In this document: positions 24,898 through 37,568 of the stretch, piece by piece | Numbering within the stretch: position 1 is the stretch's first letter | Layout: each line of letters opens with the position of its first letter | Source: Macrostomum hystrix | Lineage: Eukaryota > Animalia > Platyhelminthes | DNA length: 64,000 nucleotides | Assembly (NCBI GenBank): GCA_950097015.1 | Contig: CATNEN010000001.1 | Location: 9,238,001-9,302,000, forward strand | Direction: 5' to 3' | Notes under the pieces: model-generated | What the model was told of the DNA's origin: nothing | Database searches by the model: none | Seen by the model: only the letters and a program-made list of their open reading frames with translations | Program-made: the position numbers and the translations under genes

Positions 24898-25624
24898 TTC
24901 GGTGGTTGAAATTCGATCATGCCAAATTGAATTCGGAAAATATACGTGTGCGAATATTGTGACTACAGTTTGATGGAATCACAGTGTACCACACTATAAC
25001 TCCAAATTTCTATTGTTTTTCGTTTCTTTCCGAGTGCCTTTTAGCACATCGTGCCCTTAAAGATTGCTATATCGATCAAATAAGTTACTTAACCTATTAG
25101 TTAGAAAACTATTCATGTGCTCGGATGATCGGCTATAGTATATCCAGCAGATTCACCAGCTCAGCCAGTCTCAAAATGGTTATCAAAATCGGGTAGCAAA
25201 AATTTGGGGGGTGGAGACCCCAGCCGCCTTGAAAATGGGACGCAACAGCTTCAATTGTACCAACTGGCTGCAAATAGGGCCCAAATTTATTAAATTTTGC
25301 TTCGTGCAAACGTTGGCGAGAAAACTTCATGGTGTCTCTAACTATATAAAAGCATTTCCCAATTCGACAGATTCCATAGAAATCAGGGGAAAAACTGGCC
25401 TCATGAGGTAATGGGTATTTCTTCGCTTCCTGTCCAGATGCTATTATATAGAAGTCCTTGGACAAGCTAAGTGAGAATTTAGACGCCCTAATCGTGAATG
25501 GCCTTTAGACTAGTGTTAAGTGGTCGAGGGGTTTTCTGCTTATCTTGGCTTGATCCATAGAAAATTTTGACATTGATCCATAGAAAATTTTGACAAGCAA
25601 AATGATAAAAAGGAGAACATCATA

Positions 25625-27735
25625 CACCATTTTACCATCAATTTTGAACAACGAAAACTTCAATAGTGACAAACTCCGATTCAAATTCGACAGTTAACGG
25701 CAAGGCACGTCAAAGCTACATTCAATTTTGACACAGTCAACTTCAATTTTGAAAAGGTCCGATTTAGCCACTGCGCGAGCCAAATCCTCACTCCTCAAGT
25801 TGTCTAAAACTCTGATTCAATTTTGACACAGCGAACGACAAAAGTTACACTCTATGGTAAATTCTCCTGAATATCCGCTTCAATTTTATCAACTCCACTT
25901 CAATATAGACAGTCTACATCCAATTTCGACGGACTGGTAAGACAGAAAGGTGGTCGGTGGAGCGTAACATCTGTTGGATATATTCGTCCCATTTCCTCAC
26001 TTGAAGCCTTCATTAAAAACACCAGTTAACATTCATTTAACGTAGAACGGGTCCGAACAAATGGTGCATTGAAAACAGTCTTTTTAGGTCATTAAGTCCC
26101 TCATTGCCTCTAGCCCTCAACCGGCTCTGAGGCCAGGCAGCGTGGATCGTACGAATAGCACAGGTTGAACCAGTGCGCGCACTTCTCGGCCGAGACGCTA
26201 TTGACTGTAGTCCACTTCACGGAACAGGATGTCACGTCTGTAGGCCACCAGTGTCCGCCCTGCGAGCTGCTCTGCTGTGGGCTGGATGAAGTCAGCTTGG
26301 ATCCGAGCCAAACGCTGCTTCAGAGCTGCCTTCCAGCAAGAGATGGCGTTCTCTACCGGAGTCAAGAATGAGCTGTAGACTGGCAGTCGCTTGATCTCGA
26401 TCAGACCCGGAAGTTCGAAGACTTCAGCGTCATTGTGACTGCTGACGTTGTCAATCACAATGCTGCATCGCCGGTCCGGGTGCACCTGCTGGAAGTTGGC
26501 GATTGTGATGCTCACAAATTCGCCAAATCGCTCCTTTGTCATGCCCTTCTCGTAGGTGTGATAGTGCACGACACCAAGAGTCGGGCTGACAGCCAAGCAA
26601 ACCGTCACGCGCTGCCCCTTCTGCCCAGAAACCACTCTGTAAGCGCGTTGGCCTTTCTGGGACCGGCCCATTGAGCGGCGCATCCAGGTGTTGAATCCGA
26701 ACTCATCAATAAAGATCTTCTCCATCTCCAGGGTCTCCTCAGAGCACAGCCACTCTGCAAACTGGCATCGGGTCTCAATCGTAGTAACCGAGTTTCTCTC
26801 AGCCGGTGTGTCGCGAACCAGTTTGGTTGTATACAGAGCACCGTCAAGCTTGATGCTAATGGTCTTGTCCGAGACGTGCGGCTTGCTTGGGTATCTGTTG
26901 CGCAACATGCCGTTCATCTGCGACAGCGTAAGCAGTGGGTTGTGCTGGACGATTGCGCACAGAAAGCGTTGCATTTCGTTGTCCCACTTTGAATACTTCG
27001 CACCTCCCTTTGCTTTCTTCTCAGCTCTGCCGGTCCGAACAATGGCATAAGCAGTCGTCCTCTTTATCCCCAGTTGGATCGCAAGGTGTACGAAGTCCTC
27101 TCATGAGCTGTAATTAGGCGCTGTCGGTCCTGAACAGAAACTGACTGGTTTCTTCTTTGTTCCGGCTGCTGCTCTTCGTCAATCGGATCGTCGGTTGACT
27201 CCGAACCTTCTTCTTCCAGAAACGATTCCACGTCCTCGTCGATCATTTAAATTTTCTAAGTTATGGAATATAAAAATAAGGACGGAACGGAGGCGAGTCA
27301 AGGTGGCGGATTAAACTAGAGTGACACGGAGAAGAGAAGGCTCTCATCTAACTTTTACCCTGGACAAGACCATTTCGTTTATGGCAAAAGCTCCCGATGG
27401 TTCATGTACTGTATAGTCATGAAAAGTCCGTCAAGATTGGACGTAGACTATCTATATTGAAGTGGAGTTGATAAAATTGAAGCGGATATTCAGGAGAATT
27501 TACCATAGAGTGTAACTTTTGTCGTTCGCTGTGTCAAAATTGAATCAGAGTTTTAGACAACTCGAGGAGTGAGGATTTGGCTCGCGCAGTGGCTAAATCG
27601 GACCTTTTCAAAATTGAAGTTGACTGTGTCAAAATTGAATGTAGCTTTGACGTGCCTTGCCGTTAACTGTCGAATTTGAATCGGAGTTTGTCACTATTGA
27701 AGTTTTCGTTGTTCAAAATTGATGGTAAAATGGTG
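25625..27735 (-). mobile_element. Tc1/mariner/IS630-superfamily DNA transposon, about 310-bp TIRs, TA TSD, frameshifted DD32E transposase (about 27246-26110)
   Basis: TA|CACCATTTTACCATCAATTTTG ... CAAAATTGATGGTAAAATGGTG|TA. Catalytic motifs FIDE, IIDN(x32)E and LPVYSSFLTPVE. Frameshifts near 27100 and 26210. Confidence 0.93.
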
Positions 27736-27737
27736 TA

Positions 27738-28289
27738 GTAGGTACAGCAATCCCAAGACCATGCATCAACACGGCGAATTACTTTAACTTGGAAGGTTCA
27801 CTACATATCATAGGAGCTTCAGGCAACGCCACTAACGTTACGCAACCAGAAGTCATAATTGACGAAAATTACGACATCACGAATCTGCAGCTACGGTTCA
27901 ACAAGACACAATATACGCCCTTCGCAGACATCAAGTTAGATGAAATTACACCAGGATGGACAATCAACGATTTCCTACAGGCATTCATCAATCAGCGAAA
28001 CTTAATGAATCAGTTTAATGAACTGTTTGTACGAACAAAAGAAAAAGAATCGTCAGCGGCACTACCCATCAAAATGACAGTGGACCAGGCAATACAATTG
28101 TTTTGGACAAATTGCTTTCTGGATTTTATCAATGGGAGAGGATCCCTGTATCAAGGATTCATCTTCTACAGCGCCTGCATTGTCTGGATGGTCGTAATCA
28201 TCTTCGTAATCAGCCTAACTTATCCATTGACAAAATTCATAAACGCGTATGGTACCGAATGCAACCGAAAAAAAATCCTAAAGTCCTAA
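27738..28289 (+). CDS. C-terminal fragment of a viral-type membrane glycoprotein (gB / class III fusion protein-like env), truncated at the transposon TIR
   Basis: The frame is open from the TIR: VGTAIPRPCINTANYFNLEGSLHII. N-glycosylation sequons NAT, NVT and NKT, an amphipathic helix, a C-terminal TM segment (FIFYSACIVWMVVIIFVISL) and a basic tail. Confidence 0.5.
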   Translation, partial: VGTAIPRPCINTANYFNLEGSLHIIGASGNATNVTQPEVIIDENYDITNLQLRFNKTQYTPFADIKLDEITPGWTINDFLQAFINQRNLMNQFNELFVRTKEKESSAALPIKMTVDQAIQLFWTNCFLDFINGRGSLYQGFIFYSACIVWMVVIIFVISLTYPLTKFINAYGTECNRKKILKS

Positions 28290-28395
28290 AGTCCTAATAC
28301 AGTACAACAGCTATCAGCTACACGTATAGAAAAATTGCTTAAATATTACCCCCTGCCGCGTATAGCACGCACCGGCAGTCGACATCTCTTAACGT

Positions 28396-28626
28396 ATGCA
28401 CACAATAATGCTGCATGGCTTCGGTACTCAACGGAAGCGTATATTGAAGTACATCTACGGGCTTTTGCTCGACAACATGGATTGGGCGCATCTGGATGTC
28501 TACTACCGCACGCTACCAATACTAATCATGAGGCGGAGTGACTTCAGCTGGATCGTTCCTTACGAGCCGCACGATCCGTTATACTATGACCCACGAGCAG
28601 CGTCGCCGCAACTACCACCATTGTAG
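28396..28626 (+). CDS. Small intronless ORF of unknown function (76 aa) in the virus-like cassette
   Basis: ATG-initiated. Its TAG lies 2 nt before the ATG of the RING ORF. Confidence 0.35.
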   Translation: MHTIMLHGFGTQRKRILKYIYGLLLDNMDWAHLDVYYRTLPILIMRRSDFSWIVPYEPHDPLYYDPRAASPQLPPL

Positions 28627-28628
28627 AC

Positions 28629-29336
28629 ATGAGCAGCCTAGAGCCGTGTCCCGTGTGCAAGGATCCATCCCAAGCCGGTGAAGTGGCTATGTGCACATGG
28701 GGCCACATGGTCTGTGTCGGGTGCGTAGAGCAATTAGGCGAGGCATACGGCTGTATGGCACAATGCCCCGTCTGCCGAGAGCCGAGAGCTAAATGCATTC
28801 GGCATTTGCAAATGCATGCGGGAAAAATCCGACCCAGCGGGTGTGTCAATTGCAGCATTGGACGTGCAACACCTGCCTGCAGGCCATGGCGCGGCGGAAC
28901 ATTCAGCAGTGTCCGGACTGTTCAAATCCGTGTCCGTCGCGGGCTCCAGGGGAAATGGCAGCAACCTCTGACCGACACCGAAGAAGAAGAAGAAGAAGAA
29001 GACGAAGAAGAAGACACCGACCTCTTACTCGACCGCCCGGAGAACATCGACGTCGAACAATTAACCAAGGCGGTGACGTGGCCGGTGCCGCGCATAGCCG
29101 AGGATGCCATGCACGCGCTACTAAACCTGGCTCTCCAACTGGCAATGCGATACCCAAACTGGGATGCTGTGGAGTACTATCTGCAGATATGTCAGGACAC
29201 AGAGCATCCAGACTATGTATCGCTACAGCACCTGTTCTGGCCCATCGCCAATCTGATAGAGGAGCGCAACCAGGGTTACCGGACTGCGCTTCACTGCACG
29301 TTCGGCGTCTGGAGTCAGGACAGGGCTGCACCGTAA
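28629..29336 (+). pseudogene. Intronless RING-finger protein, probably originally tandem RING, with acidic tract
   Basis: CPVC-x11-CTWGH-xx-CVGC-x-CPVCR. A second RING-like C(N)AC..CQLQHWTCNTC..CPDC lies in a shifted frame. Poly-E/D stretch follows. Confidence 0.7.
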
Positions 29337-29719
29337 GACTTTTAACTTAACTATAAAAATTAAACACAACAATTATAATGTTTTTCAATGCGACCGCACC
29401 TCAGGATGTCAATTTACAGGCTTAAGACACTTTATTGCTCCGCACATAGCGTCACACTTTGACCAATTCTCTCTCAGGTGATATGATATACTCTTCTACT
29501 TTTTATGCTTAACTTATACCCGCTAACAATATACTTTTTACTGACATTGTAAATTTCGAGACGAAATTTTTGTAAAAACGGAATTTGTAGAGTGCAGAAT
29601 TACGGTAATATTTATTTTAAACAATCATGCGCTAAATACTCTACTCATCCGCTTAATAGTATTTTTAGAAAATGCGAACCAGAAAACATACAAGTACAGC
29701 ATGTGATTCATTTTACCAA

Positions 29720-30250
29720 AAAAGGAGAATCGAATCAATCAAAAATCATGTGACTACTATTAATAGTATCTAATCAATTTTTATGTCATAGGCAACCAGC
29801 GATCCCACCAATCATGCTACCCAAAATCAATCAGAAGGTCAAGAATGCGATAATCCATCTTTTTGCGCTTCTACTAGTTTAGTTGTAAAAAAGTCTATCC
29901 TCTCAAGTTGTCAAGCGTTGACCCAGACTTTTTGACACCAGTTTGACACCTGTACTTTAAACGCACTCATCGAACCCGAGAGGGTCCGATTCTCTATAAA
30001 TACAAGAACTCCGAGGCGAGCCCAGATTCAGAGTCTCGCCGAGAAGAGAAAACGGAGAGAAGAACCTGAAGTGGATCGGACTCCAGGTCCAAGACTTGTG
30101 GTAAGAGTTCCTTGAGTTATCCTCATTAATTATTTTATTAATTAGTAAGGCTTTTCTTGAGCTCAGTTAAACCTCTCCGAGTAATCGTTAAACCAACGAT
30201 TAAAGCGTAATCACAGGCGTGTGATTACATTGATTATATTACAAAGGGTG
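29720..30250 (+). promoter_or_regulatory. LTR-like promoter region downstream of the env/RING cassette
   Basis: Purine tract at about 29719-29729, CCAAT at about 29808, TATAAATA at 29995-30002, Inr-like TCAGA about 30 bp later, donor G|GTAAG at about 30101, ATTAAA at about 30199. No second LTR in the window. Confidence 0.4.
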
Positions 30251-30573
30251 AGCGCCAGACTCGTGGTAAAACCTACCAGGGCTGGTAAGAAGGAACACAC
30301 TCCACAAGTGACTATTCGTTAACCGACATCAACGACAAATCAGAATCAGGAAGATACTACACCGGATTTCTATTGGTTCATTGTAACCGCAACCGAGACA
30401 AGGAGAATTAATTAAATTCTCTTGTATTCAAACGATCCAGGTACTTGAAAGGCAACCAGAAGCCAAGCGCATCAAGCACTCGAAGCCTGCAGCAACCAAA
30501 GAGAGAGTGAGAGGCAAGAGAACCACTAAACAAAAGAATGTAAGATCTAAAACTTCTGCTAATTAAGTATTAA

Positions 30574-32160
30574 TTACTGGGGCACCCAGCAGTTGTTGGA
30601 AGTGATAAATTCCAGAGATTGGTTCTTAGAGATTGGTCGTTCACTGACTCAACTTGCATTAGCGACTCCGTCTCCATCGGCTCGAAACTCCCCAGTTTGG
30701 TTCCGGGGTAAAAGGTATGAGGCTTAGTGTCCGTGTTGACATAGTGCACAGCGATGAGTCCGCCTCGCATCACGGAGAGGCTGCGCGCTCCACACAGGAC
30801 ATTTGAGATTTCCTTTGAATTGTCGGGCTCAAAGATTCCGCACTCACCATGAACAGCAGTCGCTGATCCAGTCGCCAGTCTTGCAGGAAACACGATTTCA
30901 TGACCAGCGTGTACAGTTGTACGGTCCGCCACTTCAACGGCGAATGCACCACTCCCTTGTGCTGAAGATTCCATTTTTACTAGCTGACCGCACACACTGT
31001 GCATTTGACGATTGCAGTCGATGATGCAGCTTCAAGTTCTCAGGAAATCTGCACCCAACAAAAAATCCTTCGCCAGATTATTGACGATCAACACCTCCTG
31101 CCGAACAGTCGCAACACCGAAACTCAGCTGCACTTCCTGCCAACCACAGGCTACCAAATAGTTGCCGTCTGCCAGATTCAGATACACGGGCGTCGCCAAC
31201 GGCAAGAGTTTCTCATTCAGCTTACGAAGCAGGCAACTCGACATCAGCGACTGTGAACACCCAGTGTCAACCAAACAGCTGGCAGGGACACCCATCGGCA
31301 GAATGCGGCACTGCACCAGCATGTTGGCGCCGGTGGCTGAGCAGGACACCTCAAGGACTGGCTGCGCCGGGATTCTCACTTGCGGAACGGCACCCCGGCG
31401 GTCGCCGCTCCATTGAAGTTTCCCGACTTCTGAGAGCAGAATCTTTGAACGTGGCCCGGCTTACCGCACCTCCAACACGTCACGACTCCACGTCTGTCGC
31501 CGCTTCCACGACGATCTTGCTCTTTCGACTCCAGACGGCTGAGCTTGTTCGACAGCTCCTGCAGAGACCGCTGAATTCCAACAGCAAAGGCCTCGGGAGC
31601 CCCAGCAGCCAGTGCAGTGGCGGCGCCTTCTTGTGACTGCACTGATTCGACGAACTTCGCTGTTTCCACCGTCTCAGTGAACGTCGCTTTCGGCTGCATC
31701 TGCGTCTGCATCCGCACAGCTGGGTTTCTCAATCCAGAAAGAAATCGACCTTTGAGCAGCTCGTCCTTCGCTGTCGCTTCCGTCATCCTGCGCTCATCAG
31801 TCGCAGGCTCCTCTAGACTTGGAAAAGCGCGCTTCACCGCGATGACCAGGGCATCGGAGTACTCTGCAACCGACTGCCCGTCCTTCTAAGTGAGGCTGAA
31901 GAACTGGGCTTGCAGCTCAGCAGAGGATGCAGATGGCCGGAAACGACTGAGCAAAGCCTTTTCAAAATCGCTGTAGGACTGGGCAGCTGCCACAGATAGC
32001 TTGTGATTTTGTGGTCCGGTGGGCGATGGTGGTCGAGGTTGGTGGCAGAGCTGGTCGCTGGTCGCAGGACACCGTTCGATCGTTCACCGTCCTGACTGTT
32101 TCGCCTGGGGTTGTCAGCTTAGCCGCCGTGGTTTTATCTCGGGATCCAGATCGCCAATAA
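30574..32160 (-). mobile_element. Ty3/gypsy LTR retrotransposon fragment (gag-protease, truncated before RT)
   Basis: Gag motif SLT*KDGQSVAEY with a premature stop, zinc knuckle CWRCGKPGHVQRFC, slippery G GGA AAC (31424-31418) into the -1 frame, aspartic protease LVDTG..LLGADFL. Possible PBS TGGCGATC near 32156. Confidence 0.88.
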
Positions 32161-32994
32161 ATATTTGGGAAATTTTCGTTAAAGCACTTCTCGGACTCGC
32201 GAGCTAACATTTAGGAGCCTCTTATTTTTTTATACTGTTAGCTACAAAATTTTCGCAGAACAACATCCACCCCAAAAAAGCAAATAACAACCAGAAATAG
32301 CGTATTGTTCTGAAGACGGACGTCTTGTAGAATGCTTTTGAGAACACCTCGTAGCAATTATTGCAATGTCAAGAAGCACCGCAAGAATGCTCGTTGTTCA
32401 ATTTATCGACTCTGCACCAAAACACAAGGCTGTTCCGGTTCAATCGAGATTTCTGAATCGAATCAGCCACAGCGAAGCTTGGGGCAATCAATCGATCATA
32501 CACGTCACTTCCTAACTATCAATTGACATTACACAGTTTGGAGATTCTGTGCGACTGATGTCGATCAATCAAATAGTCTTTATTTCAATTAGCGTTTTCG
32601 GCCGTATTGAGTGTAGGACCACTGAGCAAAGTACTCGTAAATTAAAGCATGGAGATTATTGCAGATAAGTTGGCGCCATATGTATACCATATCACGTAGC
32701 TGATACTACGCCTTACAATAATCGATATGTGAACTTGAGCACATGTTCGAAACTCAAAATTGCCCCTGAAATTCCGCCGCAAAAATGTCAAATACTTGAT
32801 AAAACATGAGCAGGACAAAGTGAAACACGTAAAGTTGAGTGTCAAAGTAAATGTCACCTTTGACACATGACGACTAAAATAGCGGGTTCATATATCTGTC
32901 GCTACATTAGTATATAAGACGCATTTGTAAACCTAAAAAAAACTTTATATTGAGCAAAATTATCGACACACGTTTTCCAAAGACGAGCAATAGA

Positions 32995-34564
32995 ATGATG
33001 ATAAGCTCTTTGCTGGTCTTCCTCGTTGCCACGGCTGCACTTGCCGCTGTAAGTTACTGTGATATGTGCATAGCTAGTACAATGCATTTCTTACTAATTC
33101 ATTTCTTTCTTACTATGTTACTAACCGTCTCGTTATGAATTCAATCTCGGCATTTCGAAGTCACTAAGTAACTCCTTTATACCCACTGATAATCTGAATC
33201 TACCCTCGTTGCACACAGCAGCCACCAGTTGACGACCCGTCGGCTCTGGAATATGGCAATGAAATCGAGGGCGACATGATTGAGCCGTTTGAAGGGGTGA
33301 GTAGGGCAGTCTTGTGTTGGCACATCAGCATGGGGATTTATTGGCATTTGGACAACTAAACTAGTATGACCTCTGCAGGCGTTCTCTGGCCTGCTGAGCA
33401 CTGCCAATCGCTGGCCTGGCGGAGTGGTCGTGTACACAATTGACTCCAGCCTCTGTAAGTGCAGACGGCTTAAAAAAGTAGGCTTATTAATAGGCAGCTC
33501 ATAAGTAAGTAGAGACTAACTTGCGTCCTACCTATCTTTTTTCGTTCATGCAGCGGACACATCAAAATCGCGCAGTCTGACAGCGATGGAGCGCATCACT
33601 CAGGAGACTGGAGGCTGCATCAAGTTCCGCAAGGCCACCAGCGCCGACGGTTCTAAATACGTCCGCATCCGCAACAGGGACAGCGGGTGAGACTTTGACA
33701 GTGATCTAGTGCGATGATTTCTGTATGATACATTGCAGTAGCATTGATACTGCCGGACATTGTCAGGTGCTCCGCCACTGTTGGATACTGGGGTCGCGAG
33801 ACCAACGTTAATTTGGCTTCGAGCTGCTCAATTGGCTCGATTATGCACGAGTTCCAGCACACTCTGGGTTTGTTTGGATTGGAGTTTCCAAACGAGGAGT
33901 TAACAGTGTTTCGATTAATGCGATTCGATCTTTGCCACCCGAATTTTACATTTCAGGCATCTATCATCAGCAGAGCCGACCTGACAGAGATACATTTGTT
34001 TCCATCGCTTTTGAGAACATTACACCAGGTAAGCAACTAATAGTTGTTTCGATTTAGTTCGATTCCTGCTCATGATTCCTGCTTCCAGCTGACGAAGTGG
34101 TATCAAGATGTCCCCAAAGGCGATCTAAATTCAACTATTTAGTTGCTAGTGTCATACAGCAGTCAAAAGGTTAGGACGTACGACACTCACACGGGGCTCT
34201 TGGCTATGTACATATGTAGCTCGTACATTAAAATGCGTCTTACTTGGGCTCTGGGTGATCGAATTTCGCTAAACGATGTGTCAGCTGTATCCAGAGCTGT
34301 ATTCCTGTAGTCCAATCAAACAATGTCCTCATTGCAGGTCACGAGCACAATTTCGAAAAGCGCAGCAGCACTCAGGTCGGCTCCTATGGCGTGGCCTACG
34401 ACTTCGGCAGCCAGATGCACTATTCCGAGTACGCGTTCAGCAAGAACGGACAGAAAACCATTGTGCCTCGGCCCGGCAAGTTGCCAGATGGTGTTAAGAT
34501 TGGTCAACGAGATCGCATGAGCAGCGGCGACGTTCGATTGATCAAGGCGATGTACAAGTGCTGA
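32995..34564 (+). CDS. Secreted astacin metalloprotease, copy 2 (7 exons)
   Basis: Paralogous to copy 1 with the same exon layout. HEFQHTLGIYHQQSRPDRD and SQMHY present. Ends MYKC-TGA. Confidence 0.9.
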
Positions 34565-35115
34565 TTCGGTGCTTGAAATTCGATCATGACAAATTGAATT
34601 CGAAAAATATACGTGTGAGAATATTGTGACTACAGTTTGATGGACTCACAGCTTATAACACAATAAACTCCATATTTTTGTTGGTTTTTGTTCTTTGCTT
34701 CTAATTTTAGCACATCGTCCGTAACGGTTGTTGTATATCGATCAAACAAGTTTTTTAACCCATTACTTTGAAAACTATATACATGTCTCTTCTGCTATAA
34801 CTACTTCAGAAGACTCACTAAGACTAAAAATTGGGTATCCAAATCGGCTAGGTGAGTTGTGGCGATCCCCAGTCCATGGACTGAATTTGGAAGTGCCATG
34901 CAACAGCTTAGGCTGTACCACTGGCTGCGCACAAGGCCCAATTTAATGAGTTTTATTGGCGTCGGGCAAACGTCGGTGGGAAAATGGGTGTTTCTAGAAC
35001 TAACAATAGTTTCTATTTTTTATTAAGCTCTTTTTAGAGCAGCATTTTTATTTATTACAAGCACACTCGTAACTTGTTCTTTGTCAGTAAATTGTTGTTT
35101 TTTATTATACATGCA

Positions 35116-35159
<44 letters not shown>

Positions 35160-35512
35160 GTAGGAGGTCCGCGGGCAATGGCACATCATTTGGTGGCACT
35201 AGACCCGCAGCCAGCGAGGAGGCAATTCTGCTCATTTCACTGACTCCTGAGTACACACGCACACAAATACCGTACACAGGCTCACGCTCACACAGGTGTA
35301 AATCTGCCCTGACTTACTCATCGTCAGGCAGTGTACATTTCACTGTGCCTTGGAGGTTAGCCCTTAAAGGCGTAACTTTCACGACAAGCCCCCAAGCCTT
35401 CTCTCCGCGTCTGCGCCCCAAATGAATGTGGCCTCGCCGTGGAATCGAACTTACGCTCGTAAGGACCGTGGCGCGAGAGGCAAACGCGTTAACCGCTCTG
35501 CCACCGACCCCC
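35116..35512 (-). mobile_element. tRNA-derived SINE, full length, long (TAT)n tail
   Basis: GGGGTCGGTGGCAGAGCGGTTAACGCG head, GTTCGATTCC B-box, 3' stem-loop and (TAT)~13 tail. Confidence 0.9.
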
Positions 35513-35531
35513 TATTCTACATGTATATGTA

Positions 35532-37568
35532 ATAATAATAATAATAATAGTTACGCCCCACGCCGACCACGAAAAGTGGCGAAGAGGGGGGAGCGTCAAA
35601 TCGCGCGCTTCAGTGCCAGGTCTCTGATGTGCTTCACGCCTGCCGCCTGGCTGGGTGCTCGGGCGTCTTCAAAAAGTCGGTCGATATAGCGGGCTGATCG
35701 TCCCTGGCCGCGCCTGCGCGGTCCCTGCGAGGTCCACAGCAGGACATCCTGCAGCGGCTCTGGGCAGTAGGCTTCGGCGCGGATGACATGCCCGGCCAGC
35801 CGCAGGCGCCGCTGACTCAGCAGGACAGAAGGCCGCGTTAGGTGCGCACGCTGGTAGAGGGACTCGGTTGTCTCGCTGCCAGGGCCGCGGCGGGCACCGA
35901 AAGCGGCGCGAACTAGGGCCGCGTGTGCCGCGTCGACCTGCGCCTCGAGCGCCCCGGTCATCGTCCAGGTCTCAGCATTGTACAACAGGGCGGTCTAGAC
36001 AACCGCCTGGAACAGCTGGGACCTGGCGCCGTTCGACAGGGCCTCGGAGAGCAGCACCGCCCGCACAGAACGATAGGCGGCCCAGGCCTTGCCGCGTCGT
36101 CTCGCCAGGTCGTCGTCCACGTCAGGCACCAGTCCGCCGAGGTAGACGAACTGACGGCACTTCGGGAGCACGGTCCCGGGGCCGTTACCGTCTCTTAGTC
36201 GAATCTCGGCAGGTAGGTTTTGCGGCACCGTCAGCACCTCGGTCTTCATGGCCTTGATAGCGAGGCCGACCCTCGCCGCCGCCGCAGTCAGGCCATCCAG
36301 CAGCCGTTGGGCGCCTTCGGCCGTCGTAGACAGCAGGGCGAGGTCGTCCGCGTAGCCGAGGACAGACAGCTTCTTCTCCGGGTGCCGTCGACTAGTGCGC
36401 CTTTGAAGCAGAAAACCGTCCTCTGCAGTCGGCAGGCCGGTCCTGAGCGCCCAGTCCATCACCAGCACGAAGAGAAAAGGCGCCAGGGTGTCACCCTGCA
36501 GCACTCCGGAGGTAGTGCTGAACAGGTCCGACGGTCCGTCTGGCGTCGCTACCACAGCGGTGGTGTCCTGATACAGTGCCATGATGGCGGAGATCAGCTG
36601 CTGCGGTATGTTGTAGGCTCACGTGAGGCAGCGCGCCGCGGGCCACCGAGTCGAAAGTCAACAAAGATGACGACAAGGCTTGACTGGTGGATGCGCGCCT
36701 CCTCGATGATGCGGCGGAGGGCCAGGATCTGAGTCACCGTGCCGCGGCGAGGCCGGAACCCATTCTGCTCGTACCGCAGAAACGAGTCCAGCACAGGCTG
36801 TAACCCTGCTAACAGCACCCGGTTGAACAGCTTCGCGGTACTGGACATAAGCGAGATCCCGCGATGCTCCTCCTTCCGCGTAGTGCCCGGCTTCTTCGGG
36901 ATGCCGACGATGGTTGCCTGGGTCCACTCACGGGGCGCAGGGCCTCCAGCCAGGACGTCGTTCATCACGCGGGCCACCTCGGTAGCAACCCTTGTGACTC
37001 GCAGTGCCTCGACGGGGACCTCATCCGGACCGGGGGCGCGGCCTCCCGGTGCTCTGCGGGCGAACTCCACGATGTCGGTGCTGGTCAATGGACTGGTGTC
37101 GAAGTCCTCCTGCCGCGGTAGCGCCACCTCGGGGGGCAGCGGCATCTCGTTCGGCAGAGTCGGCGTCGGCGCGTTGACAATGGCGGCGAAGAAGGTGCGC
37201 AGCTCGTTTCTGCGGTCCTCGGCAGTGTCGCCAGCCAGGTTGAGCGCCGCCTTCTTTTTGCGACCGGTGAGGGCGTTCACAACGGGCCAGACGACCCTGT
37301 TCTGCCGTTCAGGCCCGACAGAGGTGACAGCCCGGATCGCGTCGTCAACAGCGGCTTTCTGTCGACTTGCGTAGGCGTCTGCCAAGGCCTTCTCGGCATC
37401 GGATGTCGGTCGCCTGGCTCGCCGCAGCTGCTCGACAGTGCGGCGGGCCTCACGGACCTCCGGGTCGCTCGCCGAAACTGGAAGTTGCCGTGACGCGGGT
37501 TCCATAAGCGGCAGAGTCTTGGCAGCGGCAGTGGCGATGGCTGAGTTGATTGTGCTGTAGTCCAACTA
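35532..37568 (-). mobile_element. 5'-truncated RTE-like LINE (reverse transcriptase, frameshifted, with a stop)
   Basis: RT motifs APGPDEV, RGISL, EQNGFR, VIFVDF, GVLQGDTLAPFLF, YADD and FVYLG. (TAT)n tail. 14-bp TSD TACATGTATATGTA at 35518-35531 and 37569-37582. Confidence 0.92.

Noticed and set aside
27738-32160. env/RING cassette and gag-pro as one element
   Set aside because: They are on opposite strands, gag-pro is abruptly truncated at about 30574, and no shared LTR pair is visible. Treated as separate insertions, though not strictly excluded.
35200-35226. HDV-like ribozyme in the SINE (GCC-TCCTCGCT-GGC equals HDV P3/L3)
   Set aside because: No upstream P1 partner, J4/2 or P2 closure found. 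The following TGCGGGT pairs downstream instead, as a simple 3' stem-loop.
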